Origin: Seison nebaliae
Taxonomy: Eukaryota
Reading direction: 5' to 3'
Assembly: GCA_023231475.1 (NCBI GenBank)
Contig: JALJEE010000349.1
Span: 1 to 64,000, forward strand
DNA length: 64,000 nt
A program made the position numbers and the translations under genes. Shown piece by piece: positions 14,849-29,073 of the stretch (positions are counted from its first letter, which is position 1; the number at the start of each line of letters is the position of its first letter). The notes beneath the pieces are model-generated. The model was given only the letters and a program-made list of their open reading frames with translations. It ran no database searches and had not been told where the DNA came from.

Positions 14849-15934
14849 ATGACATCGGAAGAAAAGCAACAACGAAAAGATGAATTGGAGAAGAATTTGA
14901 CGCAGTTGAATTTCGTTAATTTTAATTTTGTCATTATTCTCTTTCATTTCAGTCATTTGAATAGGTCGAATTACACCTGAAGAAATGTCCAGACGATGTC
15001 GAATATATAGGGATGAAAAATGATTTGGAAGTTTGAAAAGTCCATTTCTTCTATCAATTATTCAGATATTCATTCCTGTACATTGATATTTTTTAGGAAT
15101 TAATCGAACTATTGAAAGAAACGATTAGTGATGATGAGGATGATGAAGGAAGTGGAATAAAAACGGAGGAAATTGGTGATAAAGAAGATGGGAAGAGTTT
15201 TAAAAATATTTAAATTTCAATTGAAATTATCTTTAAAATTTAGATGAAGTAACAGAGAATGATTTGTATAAACAAGTGAAAGATCCTGAAAAGATTTGGA
15301 AAGTTGACGAACGATGTCTCGCTGTCTACACAGATAAGAAGTGAACATTCCTTTTTGAAATTTTAATTTATTTCTTTTTCAGATATTATCCAGCAACTGT
15401 AGTTTCTATTAGTAACACGGGAGAAGCGAAAGTCATTTATGACGGTTTCACTAAACCGGTACCAGCTGATGTTTGTCAATTTTTATCTGTGTTCAATTTT
15501 ACAATAATTTTCAGATTAATCTCCTTCGTCCCTACAGCGATTTGTGGACAATGAATGCAAATAAAGATCCACTTTTGGGAACGTTGTTATCGAATGATGC
15601 ACAAAAATCGAATAAACAAAAGAAGAGATATAATCAAGAGAAAAAGAAGAAGAAAATGAAAAAATTATTGGAACAAAAAAAAGAAGTGGAAGAAGAACAT
15701 GCAGCAATTGCTGCCAATTGGAATTCATTCAAAACTAAAGTTCGATTTTTAATTTTTCTTTTTCAATTGTCATAATATCGTCAGTTAACTGATAAGACGA
15801 CATACTTTCCAAAATTTGTCGATAATAGAATCACGAAAGAAGTTCCATCTCAATCTTTGAGGAATGCACAAAAAAGGAAGAATAACAATTACGCGTTGAC
15901 AAGTGCGGCATTTGATAAAAAGAAAAAAACTTAA
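14849..15934 (+). CDS. SMNDC1: Survival motor neuron-related splicing factor 30 (Tudor domain), 7 exons
   Basis: Spliced product MTSEEKQQRKDELEKNLTQLNF/VELHLKKCPDDVEYIGMKNDLE/ELIELLKE...WKVDERCLAVYTDKK/YYPATVVSISNTGEAKVIYDGF...KKEVEEEHAAIAANWNSF. This matches the SPF30 layout: N-terminal helical region, Tudor domain, then a Lys-rich stretch with a W..F motif. Confidence 0.8.
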
Positions 15935-16093
15935 AATTTCTTTCAATTCCAACAAAAAAAAATTTAATTCTCCATCAATTTTTATTACAATACTTTTTTT
16001 GTGTTTTGAAAAATATGTTCGGACTCTGGAAAAATTGGAGAATCTGAAAAAATTGTTTTCATATAAAAATGATTATAATGTGAAAAATGTTTG

Positions 16094-19000
16094 TTATTTT
16101 AAACCGGATTGGATCTTATTAATTAGTGATTGATTCATTTCGATGTTGTTGAGAGTCTTTCTTTCGAAATGACTAATTTTATCAATATATGAAATGGATT
16201 TATTAAATTGATTTCCATTCTTTGATTTGAATTCAATTGTGGGAATTGTTGTCGAAATATTGAGATTGAGATTAGTAAACTTCCATGGATTTGAATGGGA
16301 GTAAGTGGCTTTGTTGTCCAGTAACGGAAATTTTCCATTTTTCCATTTCAATTTTGATTTTTGAACTGATTTTTCCACCTTCGGTTGTTTATAACCAGTG
16401 GAATAATTTCTTTTCGTCTTTGGTGGTAATTGATCAAATGATTTATTTAAGGTGATTAACTTATCGTTAGGTAACAATCGATAATTCTTCCATTGTCTGA
16501 TGCTTGTTCGCGTTGTAGGATGTTCATTCTTTTTCTCAATTTCTAATTTTTTCGATGAGAAACTTTGTGACATTGTCCTATCAGGGTAAGTTTTGTGATT
16601 TCGTTGAAGTTCTTCAAACATTTCCAATGGAACACTTTGTGCCCTTTCGTTATTCAATTCAGTCCATTTCTGAAAAAAAGAATATTAGTCAAATAGAAAA
16701 TGATTAAAACTCGATCATCGATAGCGGAATGTGGATAAATGAGAATATTGTCTTTGTAGTTATCGTTGTTTAGTGTTTCTAGTAGTTTTGTTAGTTTCCT
16801 TTTATTTGTCTCTTTGTCGTCTCCTTTCTTTAAGTTGTTATTGTTCAAAATAAGAAAAGGTTGTTGATGGTCCGTGAGTAATAAGTCTTCGTAGTTCGCT
16901 TGTTCACATCTTGATTTGTTCAACTTTTTTTCTACAATTCTCTTATTGGATTCTTGCATAATTATAAGTTTATTATCGAAATTTTCTTTCGATTCCAAAT
17001 CCATTTGCTTTTGGAGGCGATCTCTCTCCTCGTAATGTTCCGTAACTAATCGATTTTTCGGCATTATTCCGCTCGCCGTATCATGTTGAGGAGAAGGTTT
17101 GAGAGAAACATTCGGTTCATCCTGTAGACGAATATTAGTCGAAGCATGTTGAAAACATTCGTCCAAGTTATTCGATTTCAATAAAAGTTGATCTGAAAGT
17201 AATGCTTGTTCAATGTCCAATAAAGAAGAGAATCGTCTACTAAATGATTCGTCATTAAAAATCTTTTTCAGTTCTATATATTTAACACTTCCATTACCTG
17301 CCCAACTTAATCGTCGATGATTCTTCATATTCTCCATTCGAACGACCATTGTTGATTTATCTTTCATCGTTTTTCTTTCTTCGTCATGGGTCATTCCTAA
17401 CGGCGAATTCTTATTTCTACTAATAATATTATTCTCGTCAATGCGATTTGTTTTCATTTTTTTCCCTGATTTATTCAATCGTTCATTATTCCTCGCCCTC
17501 TTATTCGGTTCTTGAGTAATTAGAGAAATTTTATTGTTATATTTCTCATCTAATTCGTCAATTACGTTCGATGTCAAATTGTCTTTATTGTTGACATTGA
17601 ACGAAAAGAGAACTATGGATGTTCGCAAACCAACGAGTAATTCATCACAATGAGCTCCCGTTAAATTCAACGACAGAATACTCTCGGAGGTCGAAGTACC
17701 TCTCCACATTCGTAAACAATTTCCACTTAAAACGTCCCATAATCGAATTTTACCGTCGTCACATCCTGTAACTAATCGGAGATGTTTGAAAGCTAAAGAT
17801 AAAACTTTAGTTGGATGTTTGAAAGAATTTAAAGTATCAGTAAACGAAGATTTCAACTCATTCGTCCACACTTTCGCAAAACCATCAACTCCTCCAGTAG
17901 CGATATGATAATTATCGATTTTGATACAAGTCAATTGACTACGATGGGCATCGATCACTTTATTTATTTCACCTTTAGCTAAATTCCAAATTCTCAATAC
18001 TCCATTCATGTCTCCGGTGTAACAGAATTCCTTTCTCAGTAAACATTTCGTTACGGGAAATTTGTGGAAGAATGATAAGATTGATGTTCGACTTGAATCG
18101 TTCCTTCTCCAAATTCTACAAGTCTTATCATAGGAGGCGGAAGCCAAACAATTTCCATAGAGATCGATATCTACCACTTGACTCGTATGTCCTTGATAGA
18201 CGAGGAGACATTTCCCATTGAATAAACTCCAACATCTAATGGAACAATCATAACTTCCCGTATAAACCACATTGTCTATTTCGGAAATGTGGATACATCG
18301 AACACTTCCACTATGTCCAATTAATTTGTGCATCCTCTTAAACGCCATCTTATTTGATACTCGATGAAAAATTACACATTCTCTTGATTTTGGATCATTT
18401 AATTGACCAATTGCCGTTACGATATATTTCGGTTCATCATTTTCTATTATATGAACTGAACTGAATGTTTTGGATAATTTTGTTGGATTAATATTCTTAT
18501 CGTCACCGATTATCGAATGTATTGAGGTCACATTATAGGAGTCAGCGACAATATTACGTTCTTCGACAATTACTCGACGATATATCGGATGTCTTTCAAC
18601 GATAGATGGCGTGAAATCTTTATCTAAAATATCTTCACTCATTTTTTCCGTTTCTACTTCAACCGATCCTTCATTCGAACGATAATCTGGTATTGGAATT
18701 CGAATAAAAGCCCGATAATCGGGATCACATCCAGTGACAGCTAATTTCTAAAAATTTTCTCAAAATTCAAAGAAAAGCAAATACTTCTAAAAAACCATCA
18801 TATTTTTCGTATTTGCATTAAATTTCGATTTGATCCGTTGTTCTTTCTTCACTTCTTGCACTAAATTCTTCCAATTTGATGATACTTTCTCAGCTTGTTG
18901 TAATGAATTGCGATCGAGTAATGAAATTATCCTTTTACTTACATTTATTGGAAGTTCACTAAACAGTGGGGAATTGTAAAAAATGAAGTTCAATTTTAAG

Positions 19001-19944
19001 AAACCTCATCGGATCTTTTCGGTGCTTATCGATGATTTGATTATTCTGCAAATTAACGAGCGATGTTGGTTGAATTAAATTTCCAAAATCGTCATTTAAT
19101 TTCGATTTATCGTGATGAATATCTTCGTTCTCTTTACGTTTTTCACCATTCATCCATATATGATGACTAAATGGTTCATCTACAGACGATAGAAGAATTA
19201 ATCGAATGTTCAAATTTCCGTAGAACTATTAGTAACAGTCACAGGATTTATTAATATATATGGAATGTTAATGGGATGAAACAGAAATTAATGTTTTGTT
19301 TCAAATATTTTTTCATTTTTCTAACACAAAACAGTGTCAGTAAAAGATGTTTTTATAATAAAAATCATTAACAATGATTTTTTACTTTAATCAACATAGA
19401 ACTTAAGAATAAATCCAAGAGAATAATGGATAAAATGGTAACTTAAATTTTTTCTTAATCTTTTCTTCTCATTCTCTTTGATTGTCGTTTCTACTGTCGT
19501 TGTGGGTCGAAGTTTAGTTTTTTTCCGTTTAATCTCCTTCCGAAAATTCAATTTGCAATTCACTCGCATATAATTGGAAAGTTGGTCCAATATTAGTAAA
19601 TCGTTCGTCGCGAATATCAAGGTCTTCAAAAGTAAATGGTAAGTATTCTCCAAGAATTCCGTATCAAAATTTTTTCTCATTCTATCAAAAGTAAATCGAT
19701 TAATTTCTTTTTGACTCATTGTTGTTCTAGCGCGATTGTTTTTCTGATAAACCATTTCTTTCGTACCAACCAGATTTCGAAGTAACTTGTAGATATAAGT
19801 CAAGAAGTTTGAGGAATCAGTTTGATATTTCCCAATCTCGTTAATTAAATGAATCATAAAACGATATTGATCGACATTGGAAGCTTGTCGAAAGAGAACA
19901 TCATGGAAATTTTGACATTTTCTTTCGTCAATCTTCAGTGACAT
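16094..19944 (-). CDS. FBXW10: F-box/WD40-repeat protein, FBXW10/CDRT1-like
   Basis: F-box KDPMS/ELPINVSKRIISLLDRNSLQQAEKVSSNW, followed by GCDPDYRAFIRIPIP and VEERNIVADSYNV (recalled as FBXW10-like motifs) and WD40 repeats (GHSGSVRC..TGSYDCSIRCW; GHTSQV..SASYDKTCRIW). Three GTT-AG introns were placed; the junction between 19387 and 19213 is unresolved. Confidence 0.75.
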
Positions 19945-19998
19945 TTCTCTCTCACAATTTCAGTCAATTGATGACTCTTATTAGGAGTAAAAGTTGAA

Positions 19999-20352
19999 AT
20001 GAATTATGAAATTATGTCAACCAGTTCCGGAAATTTTATAAATAAAATGTATCACCGAAAAAGTTAATAGAAACAGATGAGCATCATAAAGATGTCGTCG
20101 CAAATGTATTTCTCATTGGAAATATTGCGGCATCTATAAAACTTAGTGATGTAATTGTTGTCGACGCAGTTTCCTCAATATTTATAAGAAACACATTGTT
20201 CATCATTAAATTTCACACAGTTGAAAATATTGGAAAATGATTATATATTTCCTCATTCTCATCTCAAACATCAAGTAAACTGGGAAATTCTCAATAGTGA
20301 ACGAATCGAAAAGAAATGTCGAGATTGCCGACGAACAATTGTGAGAAAATAG
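19999..20352 (+). CDS. Hypothetical 84-aa protein, 3 exons (not in ORF track)
   Basis: Removing GTT-AG introns 20024-20070 (47 nt) and 20169-20220 (52 nt) gives an open frame MNYEIMSTKTDEHHKDVVANVFLIGNIAASIKLSDVIVVDALKILENDYIFPHSHLKHQVNWEILNSERIEKKCRDCRRTIVRK*. No homology recognised. Confidence 0.35.
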
Positions 20353-21039
20353 TATCATCCGTAGCGCAGTATAAAGTAGAAAGTTTGTTTAGTTGAGAAA
20401 TATGAAAATTGTTGTGCCGTATGTTCCTTCCTCTCTATTGAAGCTCATGGTCATTTCATGCTATGATTTCTTTTTTTGTTTAAAAGAACTCTCATTCATC
20501 GAATATATAAATCAATATGGATTTGGATAATGAAGGTCTCTCCCCGATAAGTGAGCGAATAAGAAAACTGAACTAAATCAATATTCGATGACTAACGAAC
20601 CAAAAGAATAAAGATTGATATTAGCAATTCAATATTTATAGGAATTTTCAATTCAAGTTTCTTTCGTTATTACTTATTTCTGTCGTGGAATAATGAAAAT
20701 TATTTTTACTGTTTGTTATTCTCTTCCTTTCTCTATAATATAGAGTCTATACAAATCCTTAACTTACCTTACACCGGTTGCTTTGGTGAAATTCCTATTC
20801 ATCGTAAATTATTTTCTTTTCTACTCACCGCCACTTTCAATTAAGTACCACTAAAATTTCTATTTAGTTAATCGAAATTTTGTCGAATTTAAATATCAAT
20901 TTACTAATTACTTATCCGAAAGAAGTGTTTAAGTTGTTAAAGGGAAATTATATTATTTTCCATCTAAATTTGAAGGAAAAGATAAATTTCCGAATTTTAT
21001 TTAATTATAACAAAACAAGAATGAAAAGATAAGAAACTA

Positions 21040-24000
21040 TTAGAAAGCATTAGTTACACGAATATCTTCTAATTTTTTCGACATCTAAAAATGAAGTTCG
21101 AATAATTTAAAATAAAGAAAAAAGAAAATTGAACTTCGTTTGTTGTGCGATCTAAATCATCAGCGACATTCTTCTTCCGAAGAAGGTCGAGAGTATTATA
21201 CTTTTCACATAAGTCGCCGTCGATACAATTCCTGATTGGAAGAAATGCTGATCGATGAGTTAAATGATCACGACCAGTCAAGAAACGATATTCTTGTCTC
21301 ATATGCATTTCCAGATGTTGGAAGAATGCATAATCCTAATAAATAAAGAATGATAATTATTAATGAAAAAAATTAAAATTATTAACTGGTTTACATTTAA
21401 ACGGAATAAATACACCAATCGATCCACTTATAGTTCCATATAAAAGAACTTCGTTATTTCCTGGAACTAAACTGACACGTTGTAATGATGTCACTGTTTC
21501 CGCTAAACGGAATTGACATAAAGTGTATAACTAAACCAAATTAAAATTGAAAGATTTTCAATAGAAGAAAGAACTTTATTATTTGCACCGTTCAATAGAC
21601 CACGATCCCATAAGCCTTTCGTTCCAGACGGATCTAATCCAACTCGCTCATCCAAATCATCATGATCATCACCAGAATTAGTGACGTGCGGTTTCAACCA
21701 ATCGTCAACTGTATCGACTCCTTCCAATCTAAGAACGGCAAATGTTCCAAATTTATCAGCAACCGCAACTGTATTGTAATCAAGAATGCACATTGCAGTG
21801 ATATATCTGTGAAAAAAGTGAAAGTTGAATGGTTTCTTTAATAAAAATGCTTCTATGTCAAACCTTGGTAAAGTATCATCGGCTAAATTGAGAAAATGAT
21901 TATCTTTATAGAGTAGTAGATGAACACTCTCACGAATGTCACCTACAAAAACGCGATTGCCAATCGCTTGAATGTCAACAATTTGATGAGGCAACAACTG
22001 AAGTTGGTTGAATGAATTTCAAAAAGAAAAATTAATTAAGATCGTCGAAAAGAAAACTGAACTTTATTCTCACATTTTTTCAATAATCTTCTTCGACCCA
22101 AATCATATAATCGTAAATTCTTTCCTACACTGATTAACACTTTGCCTTGGAATGCACAAATGGCACCAGGAACATCTTCTATCGGTGTCTTGTGAACGAA
22201 ATCTAACATTTGTGATTTGGATTGATCGGAAGAGGAGGATATGCGAAATGTGTAGATATATCCACCTTTATTCTCTTTCGGATTCAACACATAATCTTTA
22301 CTAACACCAACTAACAAATATCGTTGATTTGGTTGGAAGTCAACGAGACAAATGGAATGAGTCGCTTCATTTGGTTCGACTTCGATCAATTCCTGAGTAG
22401 ATGGGACATTGGGCGTTGAGACATTACAATTAATTAAACGAATCAATGAAGCCCATGACCCTTTTGATGATTTCGGTGCTCCAAAAACATCTTCTGAAAA
22501 TTTATTAGACTTGTCGATTAACGCTTCTGCCGTCGATTCGACAAATTGTTGTTGTTGTTTCAATTCACTTAATTTCTCCTCAGATAATTCATCTTCAGTT
22601 CCATTCGTCGTATTCTCTTTTAAGAACATTTCTTTGTTTTGTTTAGCTGCCTCTTCTAACTCTTTTCCTAACTGTTCTTTCCGTTCCTTCTTCCCACTGA
22701 TGGTAAGTGCGAGATAATCTCGTTCGATGATATATGCATGACGGTTTGCCGGATTCACAATAAATCGACGAGGAGTATGATTTAATTTCATTTGAGTCTC
22801 ATGGAATTTTACATTCAATTTCTCTAATCCTAAAATTCTTAGTGTTGCTCCACTAATCGCCACTAAACCGTCAGCACATTGTTGAGATGAAAATCCTGCA
22901 CCATATTCTAATAGATCATTATATGATAACGGTGTAATTTCAAAATGATCGTGAGACATATATCCCAACCATGATCTTGAAGACAATGCTAATAAAGCAT
23001 CACAATTGTTAATAGAAGTTCGAATTAATTTGAGCGGACGATTGCCTAAATATCTGGTTCGAGAATTGATCAATGCTCCCGATAAATCATCGACAGCCGT
23101 TCGAATTAATAATCCATTATTTAGTCCAATACATAAATATAAAATGGATGAACCTAGCATAGTTGAGGATGAAGTTGTTGTGAGATTGTGATTGAATTGA
23201 GTTGAATGTGTTCGAATGAAAACTATCGATTCAGGAATTCCATCAACTGATTGTGTCGCTAATGGTTGGAGACAATCGTCGACATCTAATGAAATTATTT
23301 TGATTGCATGATCTGAGAGACCGATAGCTAACCATCTAGCTTGTCTTTCACCTTGCTCTATTTTCGGCAATGACATACACGTCACATCAGATGATACAAT
23401 ATATTGTTCGTTATACTCTTTTAATTGCCCTTGAATATCCATTTCGAAATATATCAATTCCCCACCTGATAATGCGATAACTATTTGTCGTTCGTTGATG
23501 GCACAATGAGTTATAGTTCGTCTTCCAGGAGTCCATTCATTAACACGTTCATCTGATCGAATATGACGAATACCTTTCGGATAAACTTGAACAAGTGCAT
23601 CATCTGCCATTTGATAACAATTGATTGTCGATGTTGTTCCAATGAATCCTGAATCGACAATCTCTTCTACCGTCTCTCCAATCGACAGAACGAGTGTAGC
23701 ATTATCGAAACTGATGATGATTGATGAATCATATTTTTCTTCATTCTTCTTCTTCAACGTCCAAACAGCTGTCGGTTTATATGGCAACTCACTGACGGCC
23801 AATTCACTAATCTCCAGTCCATGACGCAAAATTCTCAATGTCGATTTAGCTGATCGGCCACATAACATGTATAATTGTAAATGATCTTCATGTGCTAAAT
23901 CGGCCCCGTACATTTGAATGATGGGAGAGAATGAAGTTAATTCATCGATCAAATTCATATTGCGAAGAGAACGAGGTTGGAAATAATCCATTTGTTCATT

Positions 24001-25221
24001 GTCTGAATTTAAGGAAGAGAATTGAATCTCATCTTCATGATCTCCCAATGAAGTTATTCGATAGAGATGATGATTGCCAAATTCGGCAGCACAGAACAAT
24101 AATCCTGATCGGAGAATATTTAGACTTGTCGCCACAGGAATTGTATCGAAATATTTTATGACCATTTCACTCACACTCAAATCGTCTTTCGTTGTCAAAG
24201 TGACTTTGAACAAATCGCCCTGATCAGTTTGAAGGAAGAAGAAGAAGAATAATCGAATTTTATGCATGGCACTTGTTGTTATGATGATTTTCCTGTTATG
24301 ATCGTCGATACTATTTCGACGATGAGGAATTTGCATTTTGATATCAGGTTGATCTCCAAAATTTTTATAAGTGATATAATTCTCCGAACATATAATTAGA
24401 CCTGATGGTCCAGTATCGCCTCCGGGGACAGATATTAAATAATTTGCTGGTTCATCTAATGGTTCGGAATATTTACGGACGACATGATTCAATCCTAAAT
24501 CTAATTCATAGAAGGTCAATTGTTGTTTCACTTCGTTTAACTGTTTCTCACTATAGTCCAAATGTCCCATTTGTCCTTCTCCACTCAATAAATTCTCTTC
24601 GATCTTCTTACGATCTTCCTCGTTCGAAATCGATGTCATATCACTCTCCTCATAATTCAATTCGAGACAAGCGAAAATTGGATTCTCATAACCGACGTCC
24701 ACTCCAATCATATGGAAAATGATTGTATTCGATTTATGTGCTTCTAAAGGTGAGGAAATCGTTAAATTTGCTTCATTATCTCGATTCATAATATATACAA
24801 ATTTCTGCTTTTCAATACTTCCCACCATAATCGCTCTACCTTTTGGATCGACCGCCAAATATTGCCCGGGAATTGCTCGACGTACTCCACTTTTCCCAAA
24901 AGTTTCCATTTGTCTAATATCCCAAATATTCTTCTCAATCGAAAACTCCAAAATGGAAACACGACCTGAATCACTTCCCACTACTAAATAGTCTTTATTT
25001 GATCCAGTCAATCGGAAAGTTGCGAGAGATCGAATTACTGAGAATGTATCGACATTATGTATCGTTACTAGTTTATTATTTTCCGTATCATATTTAATCA
25101 ATTCAATAAATCTTCCTCTTGCCAATACAATCTCTTGCTGGCGACTAATGCCGGTAAAGCTACCATGAACAGATTGTGTGATCGTCGTCGCATTCTGCAA
25201 TGTCAAATGGTACAACTTCAT
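21040..25221 (-). CDS. SF3B3: Splicing factor 3B subunit 3 (SAP130/Rse1), 6 exons
   Basis: MKLYHLTLQ..., ETFGKSGVRRAIPGQYLAVDPKGRA, FYELDLGLNHVVRK, LRHGLE; C-terminal exons FFQHLEMHMR..GRDHL and MSKKLEDIR. Five introns, all GTT-AG. Confidence 0.97.
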
Positions 25222-25396
25222 CAGAAGAAAAAAATTCTAATCTTTCAAGAAATTTTCTTACATTCACTCAAAGCTAAACTTTTCTTTTAGTAAAGATTTT
25301 TTTATTTCAAAAGTTATTCTAATTCTTCAAATTTCAATAATCATTTTTATTTAATTTTTATTTATTTAAATCATTTTTTATTTATTTCATTTCCTT

Positions 25397-27937
25397 TTAA
25401 TAGAAATGTCTCGTTCTTGATCTCGGATCCTTATAAGTTTTCAACCAACTATTTGCTCCTTCCATCGTACCTTGTGATATTTGATGAAGTTTTAAAAGAA
25501 AAAATATAAATTAACTGTCGTCAATCTTACCAGTTTCATGACTTCTTTCCATAAATTTCTCAAATTCGTTAGTATTCTTACGCTTATCTACGTAGGTGAA
25601 ACAGTATAGTTCATGTGGATTAAATGAAAGAATAACCTCGAGAATAATCTATATCTAATAACCGCGAAAATGAGTTAGATATATTCTAAACAAAATCACA
25701 GAGTCTAACTGTATCGAGCTAGAAACCGCAAGTAGCATTTGAAATTAATTTACAGTTTAATAAAACAAACTAACGCACATCTTTTGTATCCCAATTCGAC
25801 TTAATTTCAATTAACACTACAGTTTAAAAAAGTATTCTAAAAATAAAATTTAATATAATTTACCTTTCTTATTTGGATCACCTGGACCAAGGTGACTGAA
25901 AGCTGCAAATTTATGTTATTCTAAGTTTCTTTTAACAAAATCAAACGATCTTCCGTTGTTTCTTTGCTCGTCTTAACTTCTTCCGATGTAGTTGGTTTTG
26001 GAGACGTTCTTACTTTAACCGGTTTGCGCATCGGTGAAGTTGGTGGGATTATCGGTATTAGTGATGGTGTTTTAATAGTACTTTTTGGCAGATTAGGTAT
26101 ACTTTGAGCCGGTGTTGGTCCACCTAATAATGACATTCTCAAATAACTAATTTGTAGAATAATTAATAAACGTTTTCCTGCTTTGGCAGCCGCCACAGAA
26201 CCACCAATTATAGCGGCACTTGATGCTGCCGCTATAACTCCAGTTTTCAACGATGCTCGTCCCCCTTTTGTTGATTTTAAATATGATGCTTTATGTAGTT
26301 TTCCTTCACCACGTTTCATTCCCATTATATAAGCATCATCCAAATTGTCGTCTTCAGCACCTGTATAGAAATTGAGGAAATCTGCGTCATGTACATCAGG
26401 TAATAAAGTATTCTGAACTATATCCTTTCTCACTTTCCTCCTTTCGAAACAGAGAACTGCATTCGATAATTCTTGGGCTAAACTCTTCTGTATTAAATAG
26501 TCATCGAATGATAAATATGTTTCATCCACATCCTCCCTCAAATTCTCTACCATATAATACGAAGCTTCTTTATAATATGAGTATTTCAATTTTCTATTCA
26601 CTTTAACATTAATATGAGTAAATTGTTTCTCTAAAGTTGATTTGATGAGTTGTCCTAAGGAATATTTTGTTGCTGGATAAATTTTACTCTTAGTGCTTCC
26701 AATGATTCTATTCTCCCAAGTTTGACGTTGTAATGAAAATGCTAAGAACGTTAAAAGATTACTTCTCGGAAATGAGAAAGTAGATTGCTGCATTTCAGCG
26801 TGTGCCTTTGTTCGTCCGACGAAATGTCTTATCTTAAGATTAAGTGCTCGAAATTGCACGTTAAGTATCGGGTCTACTGCACTCGTAAATTTAGAGTATC
26901 TATGTTTAATTGCATGAGTGTTAATAGTGGCGTTCATTTCAAAATCTATTGAATACAAATCTCCATCTACTGACTTGTGAGAACGAAAGTTAACCTGTGA
27001 ATCTTGTATCTTCTAATAAGAAACGAGGAGTAGTGGCCATATGCTTTTCAACAATATCACTGTGGAAATCAGCATGTGGTATGAACCTTGATGAATCTCC
27101 AATATTGTTACAATATTCTCGCTAAATAATCAAAATATCATTTACATGATTGTACATCTTTTTTAACCTGTATACTTTGCGGTCTAACATTAGCACGAAA
27201 CTTTGCTGACATACGTGACCAAGTAGGACAATCGCATAATGATCTAAATCCTATTTTCTTTGTTAAAAAAGAAATTCTTTACAATAATGAAATAATTCAA
27301 ATGGAAAAAAAATTAATAATAAACTCTTTGGCGGGTGGTAACCGAAAAAAGGTAGGACATATTCTCTCAAATAAAAACGAATACTCCTTTGGACTGTTTG
27401 ACAAAATGAGACTTTTAATTATATTGAGAAGAAATAAACTTTCCTTCATCAGGTGGAAGAATATGTTGATGAATTAACTGTTTTCTAAAAACTAGAGGAG
27501 AAGAATCCTGGAAATCAGGAGAGGCTAATATATCTGCAGTATTTACTCCCAAAAATTGCATTGGATATTTTTTGACGATATTTCGTTTATTGTTGACCAA
27601 TAATTCTTTTGAATTTGCTAATGCCGTTTTAATATAAATTCCAAGTTCAGAAATAATTTTATTCTGGTTTGGCGGTTTTGGAATACCTAAAATATTTATG
27701 TTTCTTTTCAAAGAAAAAACTTAAGAAAAAACTTTTCCAAGCAGATGATGTATGAGATACATCGTCGAACCTTTCGCTTTTTTAAAAGAGAATTAATTTA
27801 TGAAAATTCCAAATGATTGATAACTGATTTCTATACAAATGATCAATATAAGATACTAATTCATCGATATACTCGTGAAAGTTTAGTCCATAAGTACCAT
27901 AGTGAAGAAGAATTAATGAAAAAATTAAAAATTTCAT
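25397..27937 (-). CDS. Orphan multi-exon secreted protein with a Pro/Thr-rich region
   Basis: Signal peptide MKFLIFSLILLHYGTYG from ATG 27937. Six GTT-AG introns link in frame through ORFs 27415-27711 and 25921-26958. The 3' exons (25397-25900) are tentative and could belong to a separate gene. Confidence 0.55.
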
Positions 27938-28410
27938 TTTTCCAATATTCATTTAATAAAGAAATGATTTTAATTCGATTTTACAATATATTGTTAAGCG
28001 AATTATGTTTATACACTTCAATGTGTTTTAATAGGGAGGTTGTCTATCATAAATAGTAATCAAAAATTAAAAAATTATATTTTGGAAAAATAAAAATGAT
28101 GAAAATATTTTTTTTCTAATTTATTTGATAATTTAGCAATGCATGATTCTCAATCAAGTGATTGATCAAGAAGCTTCATAAAATTATGATTCTTTAACGC
28201 TGTTCGGAAGTTCATTTGTAAAACTTCAATTGAACTTCACAATATTTAAAAAAATCAATTTATCGAAATCTTTGTCAAAGAGAATTTACGTGAAGAGATA
28301 TTTTGAATGAGACTTATGTATCTCTAGTTTACAACAATGAAAAAGAAAGCAAAATGATCATCATTATGCTAGGTTTTTACCTTTAGCATACTCCTAATAG
28401 TAAGAAGGTT

Positions 28411-28458
28411 GAAGTAATAGATGTAATAGAATGATGTAATAGAACGATGTAATAGAAA
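28411..28458. repeat. Short minisatellite, core GATGTAATAGAA, about 4 copies
   Basis: gaagtaatag atgtaataga atgatgtaat agaacgatgt aatagaaaat. Confidence 0.6.
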
Positions 28459-29073
28459 ATGATAGAGAACATTGGAAACGATAAGAAACCCAACCTACAA
28501 TTTAATTTTTTAGATGACAAGCAAATTTTTAGACAAATAATTGAATGACCAAACATATTTGTTAGGCAAATGATAGACAAAGTAATCCTGAAAACTCTAT
28601 TACACTGTACGAATCGAGATGTTTCTTAGAAAAAAAACAATTAGTTCGTATTTGTTACGAATCATTACACTAAATGGGACATTTACCATGTGTTAACCTA
28701 AAGGATTCAAATTATCAACAAACAGACATCTACCAAGAAACTATTAAATGAATTAACTGGTAATTATCAGATCGATTGAATGTCATCATGTTCTTCTCAA
28801 AAAACTTCTCCTGACATATACTTCAAATAAATCTTGGGCGACCAAACTAATTTTAACGGACACTCTCCTATGTATACTATAATATGGTCTATAACAGGCA
28901 TCAACTGCCTATGGCCCAATGTTTTGTGTTACAATAATAAGTACAATTGAATAAGGACCAAATAAGTTATGTTTGTTTTCATATATGACTGATTCAGAGA
29001 ATAAACTCCAGTTTCTTTTTCATTTAATATATGAAATATAATGTTTACTATTTCCGTTATTATGATGGTAGTC

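Noticed and set aside
22409..24991. Plus-strand ORFs inside SF3B3, and similar antisense ORFs in other genes
   Set aside because: Antisense shadows of real coding exons.
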